A stretch of 64,000 nt of DNA from positions 107,012,001-107,076,000 of the forward strand of contig OZ024742.1 in the NCBI GenBank assembly GCA_964016885.1, in the 5' to 3' direction. Within the stretch, counting starts at the first letter, position 1, and every line of letters starts with the position of its first letter. Under the pieces are notes generated by a model, which ran no database searches, was not told the origin of the DNA, and saw only the letters and a list, made by a program, of their open reading frames with translations. This DNA is from Eledone cirrhosa (taxonomy: Eukaryota). Positions 51,871 through 64,000 of the stretch are shown here, piece after piece. The translations under genes were made by a program, and so were the position numbers.

Positions 51871-52660
51871 TTTTATTCTGACTTTCTATCTTGTGTGGAT
51901 ATTGTTTCTTGTTAGTGTTGTTTAACCCCAGGTTATACCAGACTAAGCAGACCTATGATCAGAGGAACCCCAACTGTGACCATCCTGTCTTTTTTATGTG
52001 TGTAGAGAACACAGAACCAACATGTTTCCTTTTAAAGATGATAGGGTATGAGTTGAGGGAGGTTTAGCTGCTCATTCTAGCAAACTGAATGACCATATAC
52101 AGGCTCTCCAATTGGCTCATAATCATTTCTTTTCATACCCCTGAGCTGATACATAGTATAAAATGCTAAGGATATAAGAGGCAGAATAAATACAGCATGA
52201 AAATGGGTCAGTGATTCTAATGTGTTGATAACTGAGGTGGTTGCTTAACAGGCTGGATTGGAGAGGGCTGTTTTCTCCCTTTTTTTTTTTTTGAGAGGTG
52301 AAGGGGTATATAGAGTCCAAAAAATCTGTGTAAAGAGTTTGTCTCTTGTATGGAGCCAGCTAACAGCTGCTTGGGTTGAAAAAAAATTAATTTATATTAA
52401 GTAAGGCTATGTGAAATATATCATTAGATGAATTAAAGTGGAGAGAAATGAAAATAAACTACTATCTATAGCAATTACAGTGTAATTTACACATGCTCTG
52501 ATAAACATAATGTTACCACACCTCACAATGCTAATGTGGTTGCTGTCTGCTGCAGCAACACAAATCCATGTAAGCAATGTGAGCATGGGAAAAAGTAAAT
52601 GTCAAACGAAATACTGATGTCACAGCACATGCATGCAAATGTAAGTTTGAGTGAATGTGC

Positions 52661-52709
<49 letters not shown>

Positions 52710-53014
52710 TGTGTGCGTATTACAAACAAACACATTATATTTGTTTAAAAGTAGTTCATTTGAGTTAACATTTATTTAAGTTCAATGTCTGCTGTTGACT
52801 AGAATAGTGATATTCTCCTAAGCCTAAATACAGTTTCATGGCTTGGGTCAATTACAAACAGGATCCTTCTAACTAGGACTCTTAATAGATCCACTGAGAA
52901 ATCTGTACTAGACCTAAGATAATTTTAAAAGTCTATTTTATTTTCCGAAATTAGGAATAAATAAAAAATTCAGTCTCAAATATATATTGAATGATTTAGA
53001 GTTAAAGAATAAAA

Positions 53015-53365
53015 CTCTTCTTCTTCATATACTTATTCCTTAGAGGGTTGTGGGAGGCAGATACATCAGGCATACCTTCCAGAGGGTCCTATCAGAAGCC
53101 ACTGTCACCAAAATATCTGGTTAGATTGCTAAGTAAAACCAACCAAGCTTATGAATTTTATCCACCTGGTTGGTTTTGCCCATAAAATCTGTCCAGCGAT
53201 TTCTTTACACATTCTAACCATGTCTTTAGTAAAGAAGCAGTGATTTCTCTATGCAAAGAAGTAATGAAACTACCTGAGCAACTCACTGATACCCGAGCTA
53301 CTCAACCTATCAAGTAACGTTACTCCAAAGACCGTTCAAATGAACCCATTTTGGCCACTTGTATT
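53015..53365 (-). mobile_element. Same Expander-like RTE family, inverted degenerate copy
   Basis: (CTT)n start, cctatcagaagc, ggttggttttgcc...aatctgtccagcgatt...ccgagctac match the reverse complement of 51.5-51.87 kb. Confidence 0.75.
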
Positions 53366-53769
53366 CATGAATGTATAAAGTACAAGAAATTATCCATCAT
53401 AGATGCCCTGTCAAATAATTAATGATAATTCAGCTGCCTGGAAATTACAATAATAAAGATTTTTATCTTTGGCACCAGGATACATATTTGAAGGGTGGGA
53501 ATACATTTGACTAATCCTGTCATTATCATATTTCTAATGAAAGACTGTCTGTGATTTTCAAATAATTAAAAATTTGAAGGGGTTTCTTAAAATAACTAAC
53601 TTTCTTATAATTAAATTGGTGTTTGGAACATAATTTACAAAGGTTCTAACATAATTATGATGAAAGGTTTGGGGATAAATATAAGCTCTTTATAGCAAAA
53701 AGTTGTTCAAACAATGAGGCAGCCTCCTCTTGAAGTTAATATGCAAGAATTCCAGAAACAGATGCCCAC

Positions 53770-54010
53770 TTAACATAATTCTCAGGGAGATTCAGCATGA
53801 CAATGTGTGACAAGGTGTGACAAGGCTGGCTCTTTGAATTACTGATATAGTCTGTCTGAGAAGCTTCAAAGTTTCCATCAACTCAGTTTCACTCAAGGCA
53901 TAGGTCGACCCAAGGCTATGCATGGTAAATGACACTTGCCCAAAATGCCATACAATAAGATCGAACCCAGGACCTAATAACTAAGAAGCAAACTTTTTAA
54001 CCATTCAGCC
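53770..54010 (-). mobile_element. tRNA-headed CORE-like SINE, degenerate
   Basis: gacacttgcccaaaatgcc...atcgaacccaggacc...ttaaccattcagcc is the reverse complement of a tRNA head plus ttgggcaagtgtc. Confidence 0.65.
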
Positions 54011-54682
54011 AAACAGACAGACAACTCATTGACTGAGATTGAAACTGTGACTCGCAAATGTCAATGACCCACTGCAGCTGCTATTTAGAAGGAGCTCATA
54101 ATTCAAAAAAGAAATACAGAGAAAAGTGCATTTAGTAGTATTTTAATTTCATTAACACCCATTCACCACTACCATCCCCACCACCACCATGACCCTACCA
54201 CCATCACCAACCTCACCACTACTGCCACCCTCAACACTATAACAACCAGTACTCCCAGCAAGTCTCTTTGCTTTTTATGTTTCAATTCATATTGCCTATA
54301 TTGATCAAATGAGCCCGTCTCCTCCTACACTCTGTCTCACCACGTGAAAGACCACTACCATCAATCAAATAGAAGAATCTGAATGTGAGAGAGAACTCAG
54401 CTTCTTGGTTGGTGGTGTTGTTTATTATAAAAGAAGCAAGAATGGAGGAGTTGACATTACATAGGTGGCAATGACATCTTTTGTTAAATAAGACTTATCT
54501 AAAGTACAATCTAAGACCATGTGTGTATTGAGTTAACAGCTTTCTCTCCCACATTTTGCAGCTCTCATTACCAAAACTAGGTTAATATTGTTGTTGTTGT
54601 GCTGCTGCTATTGCTACTGCTTCTTAATACAAAGGATAGGCTAAAAAATGTCATCTATTTCAAATATACACATTTCTATAAC

Positions 54683-55150
54683 AATAATAATAATTCTTTC
54701 TACTTTAGGCACAAGGCCAGCAATTTGAAGGGGTAGGGAAAGTCGATTAAATCAACCCAAGTTCTTGACTGGTACATTATTTTATTGACCCCATAAGAAT
54801 GAAAGACAAAGCTAACCTCAGTGGCATTTGAGCTCAGAACATAAGGGAGCATTAGTATATGCCTCAAAGCATGGGGTCTGATGCTCTACCGATACTGCTA
54901 ATCAACAATTATTATAATCATTATTATAGGATTTGAACTCAGAACGTTAAGGGTCATAACTGCAGCATATAGTTATGGTCCTTTAATTTCTTAGTTCAAA
55001 TCCCACCGAGGTTATCTTTGCCTTTCAGCCTTATGGGGTCGATAAAATAAAGTACCAGCACAAGAGACGATTTAATCGACTTTCCCCCCTCCCTCCAAAA
55101 TTGCTGACCTTGTGCCTAAAGCAGAAACAATTATTATTATTATTATTATT
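54683..55150. mobile_element. Head-to-head pair of family A SINEs
   Basis: Minus copy 54683-54905, inverted junction 54929-55002, plus copy to 55150. Confidence 0.85.
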
Positions 55151-55252
55151 GGTGTGTGCCTACGCTAGAAATCATTATCATTATTCTCCTATTTACAATT
55201 ATTGTTATATCCCTTCTCTTTACTGTTGTTTTTCATCCCTACATTGTCCCCC

Positions 55253-55343
55253 ACTGTTAAAAGTGTTGGTCAAAATGTTTCATATTATTTATTTTGTCTC
55301 TGTATACAACATATGAGACATTTTGACCAACACTCCTAACAGT
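55253..55343. repeat. Hairpin, 33-bp stem with 25-nt loop
   Basis: actgttaaaagtgttggtcaaaatgtttcatat / atatgagacattttgaccaacactcctaacagt, 3 mismatches. Confidence 0.88.
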
Positions 55344-55734
55344 TCTGCTAAACAACAGTTTTCGAAAATATCTGAAGATACATGAATTCCCTAACACAGG
55401 AAGAAAACAGAAAATTGGCTGAAATACTCAAGAAGTGGAATAGCTGATGCAGCAGATGTCATTGGCTATTCTCTGCGGCAATGCTTTCACTATCTTGTTC
55501 ACAGCAGTGCAGCTAAGATACACAATTCAGCCAAGAGTGTAGAGTTTGCCACTCCTTTCCCCTTTATCTCTATTTAATATCTCTTTCGCCCCACACATCC
55601 ATTTTTTTCTATTTATTTATTTTTTTCTTTTCACTTTTCCATTGATGTCAAACATTTCAGTCTGATTTTCATAAAATAAAAAATGACTACCACCACCGCT
55701 GCTGCTACTACTACTACTACTAATAATAATTATT

Positions 55735-56221
55735 ATTCTTTCTAACATTGTCACAAGACCAGCAATTTGGGGGAAGGAGAAAGCTGAGTGCACCAACCTC
55801 AGTTCTTAACTGGTATTTTATGAACAATAATAATAATTATTATTATTATAAGGGCAGTGGATTGGCAAGATCAGTAGACCGTCAGACACCATGCTTTGCA
55901 GGATAGAGTTATGGCCCTTCATGTTCTAAATTCAAATCCCGCCGAAGTTAGCTTTGCTTTTCATCCTTATGGGGTTGATAAAATAAAGCACCAGTAATGC
56001 ACTGGGGTAATTGCTGGCCTTGTGCCAAAAGTAGAAACAATTATTATTATAATTCCTAACTTAGGCATAAGGCTACAAATTTGGGGTTAAAGTTTAGTCA
56101 ATTAAAATGATCCCAGTATTTGAATGGTATTTCATTTTATCAACCAAGAAGGATGAAAACATAAGACCCTGGTGAGATTTGAACTCAGAATGTAAAACAA
56201 CACTCTCACCATTCTGCCAAT
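55735..56221. mobile_element. Cluster of family A SINEs (minus fragment, plus 55851-56050, minus 56053-56221)
   Basis: Consensus matches separated by (TAA)/(TTA) tails. Confidence 0.8.
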
Positions 56222-57199
56222 GTAAACTTGAAACAACAGTTTTCCAAAATATTTCAACTCCAAGACAAAAAAGAAAAGAAAATGAACAAATAATCTAATA
56301 ATAATAATAATAATAGTCATAATAATAGTAATAACAGTAATAATAATAAATAAAAAGAAAGAATCATTACAGTTTCTAAGGAATTAAATCTGCAATAATT
56401 TTTAAAACGAAAAAAGAAAGAAAAGCAAAAAAACAAAAACCTTTAAAAATCAACTAAGAATATTCATAGCTACAAGTTCAATAATGCGAAGAAAAAAAAC
56501 AAATAGTGTGGTTTTTGAAATTTGCTCATTTATACAGAAACCGGTTAGATAGATGCGGAACAACAAATGAATTGAGTTGTAAAAGATAAACCATAAGCAG
56601 AAATCTGAGAACGTTGATGAATAACTAATTCAATTAGACTATTAATTGATTCATTCATTTGTAGTTAGGAAATTGTGGATTTGAAAAAAAAAAATGGAAA
56701 AAAAAACAATAATGATAAAAGATTATAGAGGAATTACACAAAGGTTTTGTAATTATATTTTTTTCTGTTATTCAAGAAAAGAAAACACACTCTCTTTCTC
56801 TCTCTAGCTCTCACTCTCTCTTTTGCTAACACATGCTTGTGCACATGCATATGCACAAATATAGAATAAAACAGAAGATTTGAATAATATAATAAAACTG
56901 ATACAAAATAGTTAAAATAATATCCAATTAGATTGATGTCATTTCATGTGAGTCACAGATATGAGTCACATTTACAATTTTAAAGCAGATTTAAAATAAA
57001 AATCACTTGGCAAAGCGAAGGTATGCTTTAAATCTACCGACTATGAAGTGTGGATGGTTGGTAAAAACAAACTAGAAGATAGCAAAATTCCAAACTAGCT
57101 TTAACTAGAAGAATAACATCTGATCTGTAGAACATTTAGTTCTAGAAGAAGGCAAGCAGAAAGATTGATGAACTATGTGTATTGATTAAAATTATATAT

Positions 57200-57622
57200 A
57201 TCATCACCATCGTTGTTAAGTCTATTTTTCCATGCTTGCATGGGTTGAACGGATTCTTCTAAGCACAGCATCTCTCCACTCGTCGCATTCCTTTGTCATC
57301 TCCTCTGCCAGTCTTAGCGATTTGAGGTCAGCTTTCGCAACCTATGCCCAGGTCTTTTTTTATCTTCCTCTACTGTGGCTCACTTCCACTGAGATTTCCT
57401 GGAATTTCTTCACCTAGCAGTCATTGTGCATGTGCATCACTTGTCCATACTAACAAAGTCTTCTCTCTTGTACACCACATCAGATTCCTCATAAACCCAG
57501 CTTCTCCCTCAGCACATCCAATGAAGCATGGTTGCTTCATTTCTCTCCAGTCTATGCATGTCCTCTGCAATCACAGCCTATGTTTCACTACCATGTAGTA
57601 TAGCACTTCACACACAGGCATC
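57200..57622 (-). mobile_element. RTE-clade LINE 3' fragment, older
   Basis: Minus strand YDACV*SAILHGSET*A...RLERNEATMLHWMC; (CAT)n and ccatgcttgcatggg tail. Confidence 0.85.
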
Positions 57623-57716
57623 ATATATATATGCATACATACATATACATACATACATACATACATACATACATACATACATACATACATACATACACAT
57701 ACATACATACACACAC

Positions 57717-57751
<35 letters not shown>

Positions 57752-57830
57752 TACATACATACATACATACATACATACAAATATATATGCATAAATATAT
57801 ACACATGTATATACACACACACATACATAT
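57623..57830. repeat. (TACA)n/(CA)n compound microsatellite
   Basis: Direct reading. Confidence 0.95.
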
Positions 57831-58724
57831 TGGGTATGAAATGAAGTCGTAGCTGCCATATAGCAGGTACTAATCGAGTTGTTTGAGGCAATCACAAAGC
57901 ACTCAAAGGAGAAGCTGAACATTATTGTCCAGCGTAAAACAACAATTATAAAGTGTGACACCAAGAAAATCGACTGAATGCAGTGGCCATACTTATACCA
58001 CAACCATAAATACAAAAAGGTTGAAGAAATTTTAATCAATACACAATATCAATCATATTGTCTGGCATTGCTCGATGACAAAACAGTTGCGATAGAATCG
58101 GTCAGAGCATACACATCAGTTAATATTACCTAGACAAACATATCTAAAACCATGTGTAGAGAAATAGATATATAAGCACAATGATTATTAACAAAAGAAA
58201 TGGAAGCATTGGTCCAAATTGATGCCAGTCTATATTTACTAAGTGGATGATGGAGAGCTGAAGCAGAGGGAGATATAAGTTTAAAATGCCCAGCAAGTAG
58301 AGAAAAAAGAATGCAACAGAGGTGTGAGGAGTGATTGCTTCATTATTAAGCCATTGCCAGGCAATCAGTGTTCAACTAAATTTTCTGCATAAATAACAAT
58401 AACAACATGATTAGAGGAATAAGAAAATGTTTGGTTTTGTGTAGCCTCTTACAGTTTTCCTTCATAATTCAGAAAGACCAATTATCTATGCATGTATGTT
58501 TGGGAAAGTGTGATGTGTGTGATGTGTGAGTGTGTCATCATTTTAAATCAGATGGACAAACAGATAGATACATATTACACTAACTATGGTGTCATTTTGG
58601 TACAATTGTTTCACTAGCCATCTGTTTCAGATTTTGTAATGTTTGTCACAGGCATGTGTGTGCATGTACGCACACACGTGTGTGTGTGTGTCTGTTTGGT
58701 ACTGCAAGACAGCAAATGCTTTAA

Positions 58725-58944
58725 CACTTTCATTGCCATAGCTCTAAAAAAAATACACTGTATTTGGATTAATTTATGTAGAATTTGGGATAATTTTTAT
58801 CATTAGGATGGTATTTGTAACATAAAAGATTCTTACATAAAATCATGTTGGAAGGTTTTCATTGAAATAGAAAAAACCCTTTAAGATGAGTGGTTTTGTT
58901 GTACTGAATCATGAGCAGTTTGGGGTGGGTTAATATCGAAAGGG
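58725..58944. mobile_element. MITE family 2
   Basis: TTAA-cactttc...cgaaaggg-TTAA. Confidence 0.75.
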
Positions 58945-59241
58945 TTAATAAATATCAGTCTGCAGGAAGAAAAACCACATCAAGAAAATAATGGAAGGTA
59001 GCTTAATTGTGATAACTAGTTTTGTATATAATGTTTTCTGTATGGGTCTGTGGATATGTTTACAGGGAGATAAGTAGAAATGGCTCTAGCTACACAAATG
59101 TGTTCATGTGACAGATACTGGTAGAAGTTCATTTAATAGCTTTCTACTTGACTGATTATCTCTTTTTGTGGCAGAAGATGAAATCTAAAAAAATAATTTT
59201 AAATGTAGTAGGAATGATGGTACAATGCGAATAGGAAATAT

Positions 59242-59416
59242 TGGCACAAGGCCAGCAATTAACCAATGCATTACTGGTACTTTATTTTATCGACCCCCGT
59301 AAGGATGAAAGGCAAAGTTAACTTCAACGGGATTTGAACTCAGACCGTAAAGGGACATAACTATGCTGGAAAGCATGGCGTCTGACCCTCTACCGATACT
59401 GCCAATCCACCGCCCT
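59242..59416 (-). mobile_element. SINE family A, young copy with 13-bp TSD
   Basis: gaataggaaatat at 59229-59241 and 59417-59429. Confidence 0.9.
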
Positions 59417-59704
59417 GAATAGGAAATATAATGGTGGAATAAGAGTAGAGCAAAGTAATTGGTAATTTGAAAATCAAAGAACTACTACTTAATACCTAGT
59501 ATTAACAACAGATCTGAGCTACATGGAGTCAACTGGTTCTTGTGACCAGTCAGCACATTTCACCTTTCCACCAACTGTTAATCACACCACAAAGAATAAC
59601 TCATAAGAACAAAACTTTTCTTTGTTTGAAAAAGTTTCTAACCTTGAAATATTATGAAATATACAGAGTAAAAACTATTGTTTTGTTTTGTCATTCATAT
59701 TTAA

Positions 59705-59901
59705 CCCTTTAACATTTCTCTATATTTACTATTGTATTTTTGTGGTACATAATTATCTCATTATCGAATCTATGAGATTTTGATATTATATATTTTGAGA
59801 ATAATACTTTAACATCAGTATGAGTGACCAGTTACAGCCAGTTTGAGCAGAAAGAGGTGAGAGAATTCTGGTTGGATATGGCCAGTTTAAATGCTAATGG
59901 G
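59705..59901. mobile_element. piggyBac-like MITE family 1, copy 5
   Basis: TTAA-ccctttaacattt...aaatgctaatggg-TTAA. Confidence 0.85.
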
Positions 59902-60217
59902 TTAACTCCACTCTAATTCAAGCATTATATTTTCTATTTGCATTGTACCAGTTTTCCCAATATATTCTTGATTACAAAAATTAATAATAAAGTAGCATTG
60001 TTTTTCAACAGCTATTATAACAACAACGTTATTCCTGTTCCATTTAGTAAACTATTGCTTCTCACTCTCCACCATGTCCTTCTCTCTTTCAGATTCTTTC
60101 TCCCTCGACACATATACACATTTCAATAATGTTTCTGATTTAGGCACAAGCCCAACAATTTTGTGGAAAGGGGAAAGTCAATTAAATCAACCCCAGTGCG
60201 TTAATAATAATAATAAA

Positions 60218-61160
60218 ATAAGGCTGATCTTGAAACCCAAACTAAATTCTAAAAACCATTTTGAGGCTATAGAACACCTTAGCTGTACCAGTGGTACAAT
60301 ACAGCTATAACATCATTAATTGGAACTTATCTGATCTTCAAAGAATGGGACACAAAAACTCAAAAACTCCTCACAGAAAAACAAAATGCATCACCCCAAG
60401 GTAAGTATAGATTGCCTATATTTACCAAGATAAGAAAGAAGGAAAGGGCTAACCCTACTGGAACTGGCATGCAAAACAGCGGCAATAGGCTTACAAACAT
60501 ACCTAGAGAGCACCAATGACTGAATGATGGTGTTAGTAAGAGATGATGAAAACCAACAGAAATTCCATTCAGTACTCAAAGAGGCAGGAGAATACAGGAA
60601 AGAACTAAGAACTGAAGACATACATCTAAATAATGAAGCTGACCTAATTTCGACTAAGGCAGCAACAATCCACAGAAGCAAGTCAAAACATTTAGAGAAA
60701 TATGGCAACAAAAACCTCTGCCTGGTCAATTCCTACTTTGCACCCAAGACAATTATGTAGATCAAGCACAAACCCATCAGTGGTTGCGAAGTTCAAAATT
60801 AAAAAACTGAATCAGAAGGCTTTATTTTTGATGCCCAGGATCAGAGCCTCTTTACTAGAAATTATTAAGCAAATATTCTCTGAAACGGAACAGATCCCAA
60901 ATGTAGGATATGTGACATACAGCTTGAAATAATTGATCATGTGATGTATGCATGTCCCACACTAGCACCAACTGTATATAAGGTTAAACATGATAGGGTG
61001 GGCAATACATACACTGGCATCTACTGGATAATATGCAAACAATATAATGTAATACAGAAAACTGGTATGAACACAAACCACAACCAGTAACAATCCTTTG
61101 GGCCTTTACCATCCACACAGATTGTACTATTAATGCAAATCACCCTAATATTATCATTGA
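60218..61160 (+). pseudogene. R4/Dong-clade non-LTR retrotransposon ORF fragment (post-RT region, zinc knuckle, start of endonuclease)
   Basis: KLNSKN..EAI..LAVPVVQYSYNIINW...MHHPKVSIDCLYLPR...EGFIFDAQDQSL...DPKCRICDIQLEIIDHVMYACPTLA...HDRVG...WYEHKPQPV; several stops and frameshifts. Confidence 0.88.
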
Positions 61161-61455
61161 AGATGGCCAATCACTGAAATTTTAGCATGAATTGTGAAGT
61201 ATAATAAGGCTCTTTTGTGTGTGTTGAAAATAAAACTGATGCAATTGTACTGTAAAATAATAAAAATTTCAGTGTTATGTGATTTGTTAGTTTTTCTTGT
61301 GAAAAAAATTAAGTTCAGGATTCTATCCATACGTGTTGCATGAAAATCTAAAATTGGGTATATAAATGGCATATGGCCTGTGGCCTATTTCTGTCATCTA
61401 GATAGATCTAGGAGGGATTGTACTCAGAAAAAGCTGGCAAATTTGCAGTCATTGA

Positions 61456-61680
61456 GGTAGTGGATTGGCAAAGTCATTAGGGTGGCGATTTGGTAAAGTC
61501 GTTAGGGTGGCGATTTGGCAGAATCATTATGGTGATGAATTGGCAAAGCCAGTGGGATGTCAGATTAAATGCCACAGTATTTATTCCAGCTTACTACAAT
61601 CATAATTCAAAACATACCAAGGTCAACCTTGCCTTTCATCTTTTTAGGGTTCAACAAATAAAGTACCAATCCAGTAGCAG
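61456..61680 (+). mobile_element. Family A SINE with its first 25 bp repeated four times
   Basis: Units at 61456, 61481, 61506, 61531, then SINE body ccaaggtcaaccttgcctttcatc...aaagtacc. Confidence 0.8.
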
Positions 61681-62286
61681 AATAGTTAAAAATTCAGATG
61701 GGATGCTTTGCAATATCTGATCTGGTACTGTGCATTCTCAGTTGAAATCTTTCAGAGATGAAGAGCAATCACTTATGCGCATGCAAATGTGTATGTATGT
61801 ACAAATACTGTTAGAGATAAGATTCATAATTTCTCTTTAATTCACCAGAAATTTCAATTAATACATCTATAGATGCCCTTCTTCAAAGTTAGAATATCAC
61901 TTAGCTTTTGTTCTTTTTCTGCCATTATACTTTACATGGTGCAACTTTTACCCTGTTATCAGTCAATTTTTATTCTTACTGTTCCCAATGAAAAACCAAC
62001 CTCAAGAAGGAACGTTAGAGAATTTTTTTAAAAAAGAATACTATGTCATCAACATCATTTAACATCCATTTTCTCTGTAATAGTTGGACTATGTATGTGC
62101 AACTACCTAGAAAAGAATGTTATGTGATCGAACCTGTCTATGTGTAACTACTCTCAGGTCTTAAATAATCATGGCCATCCTTTATTAAATTTTGCTAATC
62201 TATCTCTGGCGAAATTTTATTGTAAGTGATTCATATTGATACAGCAGCTGGAGAATCTAATAATTTTATTTTACATTAAAAAACAT

Positions 62287-62904
62287 TCATCATCATCATC
62301 ATCATTTAACGTTAGCATGGGTTTAGACGGGAATTGTCCCATTTGAGGCAAGATTGGTTGTCTTGCTCGTATAGGACTGTCTGGCAAGTTTTCTATGGCT
62401 GGATGCCTTTCCTAACACCAACCACGTTTACAGTGTGGACTGGGAGGTTTTTACCATGTTACCTACACGGCCATATTACAGCGTGGACTGTGTGTTTTTT
62501 TTGTCGTGACACTTACACGACCTCATTTATTTAGGACTGGCTGTTGTGGTACCAATATAACTTTACAGAAAATTGGGTGGTGTTGATGGGGGTGGGGGTA
62601 GGGATAGTGGGATGGGGGTGTATTTTTGATTAAGAGGTGCCTACTGACTGTAGGTTTTGCTTTGTACTTAGGCAAGGCGGGTCTTCTGTATTACTGCGTA
62701 GTGCCAAAGATCTCAGTCCAGTGACATTGTCTTGGAGAGGTGTAAGTGTGTGAGGTCAGAATTTATCAAATCGTCCCAGGTTTTCCTGGGTCTGCCTACT
62801 CCGTAGCTTCCATCAATTTTGATCGCCCTGCACTTTTTTATACAGCTATCGTCTTTCATGCGCATCACGTGACCATACCAACGTAGTCTTCTCTCGAGTA
62901 AACA
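62287..62904 (-). mobile_element. RTE LINE 3' end, same family as 35345-36171, more diverged
   Basis: Minus strand CLLERRLRWYGHVMRMKDDSCIKKCRAIKIDGSYGVGRPRKTWDDL plus the full 3'UTR and (GAT)n tail. Confidence 0.92.
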
Positions 62905-64000
62905 TTATATATGACAAAAAAGAACATTACAAGAAATCCCATATTTACAAACATACACTATACAATTGCCGACCACCACCCCCACCGTTTATTTCACCCC
63001 ACCCCCACTTATAAGAATTTAAGCAAATGTCAACCACCACCCCACACCCCACCAATTATTTGGGACCTGAGAGTAGTTAAAGATTTTATTTTTTATGCTG
63101 CGTGAACAGTGGTTATGGCTTAACATCCTGTGGTGATTTAGCAAAAAATATATCTAAAAACAGATTTATCAATTCAAATGTTTGTAGTATTTTTATTAGT
63201 GGAGAGATCATTGTGAAATTTTGCATTGTTAGAGAAAAGACTTTATTTTTTAATGTGATCAAGTTATAATGCTGTTTTGTAATTTTTAAGATTGCTTAGT
63301 AATGTACTTTCATGTGGTATAGGATATTAAGAAGTAATACCAAAACAGATATATTATATATTATTATGAATTAGTCATACTAAAAAAATAGTATTAGTGT
63401 GCAACTATCATGTTTATCAATCTTAAAAGGAAAAACGAAATTTAAAGAAAAAAATCATTCTTGGGGAATGATCAAAAATGACAAATTCTTCAAAAGACTA
63501 TCTCAATTATTCCATCTCATATCATATCAACTAATTAACAAGATGAGATTCAAAGAGACACAGCCTGAATGCAAGATGCAGCATTCTTTAAAGTACATCA
63601 AAATAGGAGTTAGTCTAGACTTTAGTAAGTCATTCGCTCTCTTTCTTTTGATCATGAATTTCTTCAAATGGAATTTCTTCAAATGGAATTTGATACAAGA
63701 GATAAACAATGAAAAGCTGCTTTTCCTACTCAATTTGCTCAATACAGACTATTTTTATCAGTGTTTTATGCATATATTTAATCTATTTAAACATCATGAC
63801 CAAACTGTCATTAAACAAACTACTTTCTAGCAGATAGTCATCACACTAAGACAACACAGCCAGTTTATAGTCTAATCTAAAACTGAAGAGAGAGTTAAAA
63901 CCTGAATGTTATCAAAAATGGAGTGAACTGAGAGGAGTAAAGCAGTGACATCTAAATATCTGATAGCTCATGATTTGTCTACTGATAAATCTATAACATC

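Noticed and set aside
63399-63830. 143-aa ORF (also 27911-28351 and 42228-42668)
   Set aside because: Low-complexity AT-driven composition, no recognisable domain or splice context; the latter two overlap repeats

Overview
Eukaryotic, AT-rich, repeat-dominated non-coding DNA. The SINE/LINE tails and dense microsatellites resemble those I associate with coleoid cephalopod (octopus-like) genomes; this is inference, not verified. I cannot support any intact host protein-coding gene, rRNA or CRISPR array. Nearly all listed ORFs are microsatellite or random ORFs. The only recognisable protein sequences are non-LTR retrotransposon fragments: several RTE-clade RT C-termini (one young family with about 99% identical copies), one RT-core fragment, two R4/Dong-type fragments and two CRE-type fragments. 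Other elements are many tRNA-headed SINEs with interchangeable tails, two families of TTAA-flanked piggyBac-like MITEs, a probable LTR with a PBS-like motif, and long microsatellites. Most notable: (1) two adjacent long hairpins at 23.8-24.25 kb, the second being a 51-bp near-perfect palindrome built from half of a hammerhead-ribozyme-like motif inside a (TA)n tract; (2) a TE-free island of about 3 kb (14.2-17.2 kb) with minus-strand splice signals suggesting the 5' end of a gene; (3) a tRNA-like Pol III unit with a terminator nested in a MITE; (4) further foldbacks and decayed hammerhead-like motifs. Boundaries of degenerate repeats are approximate.
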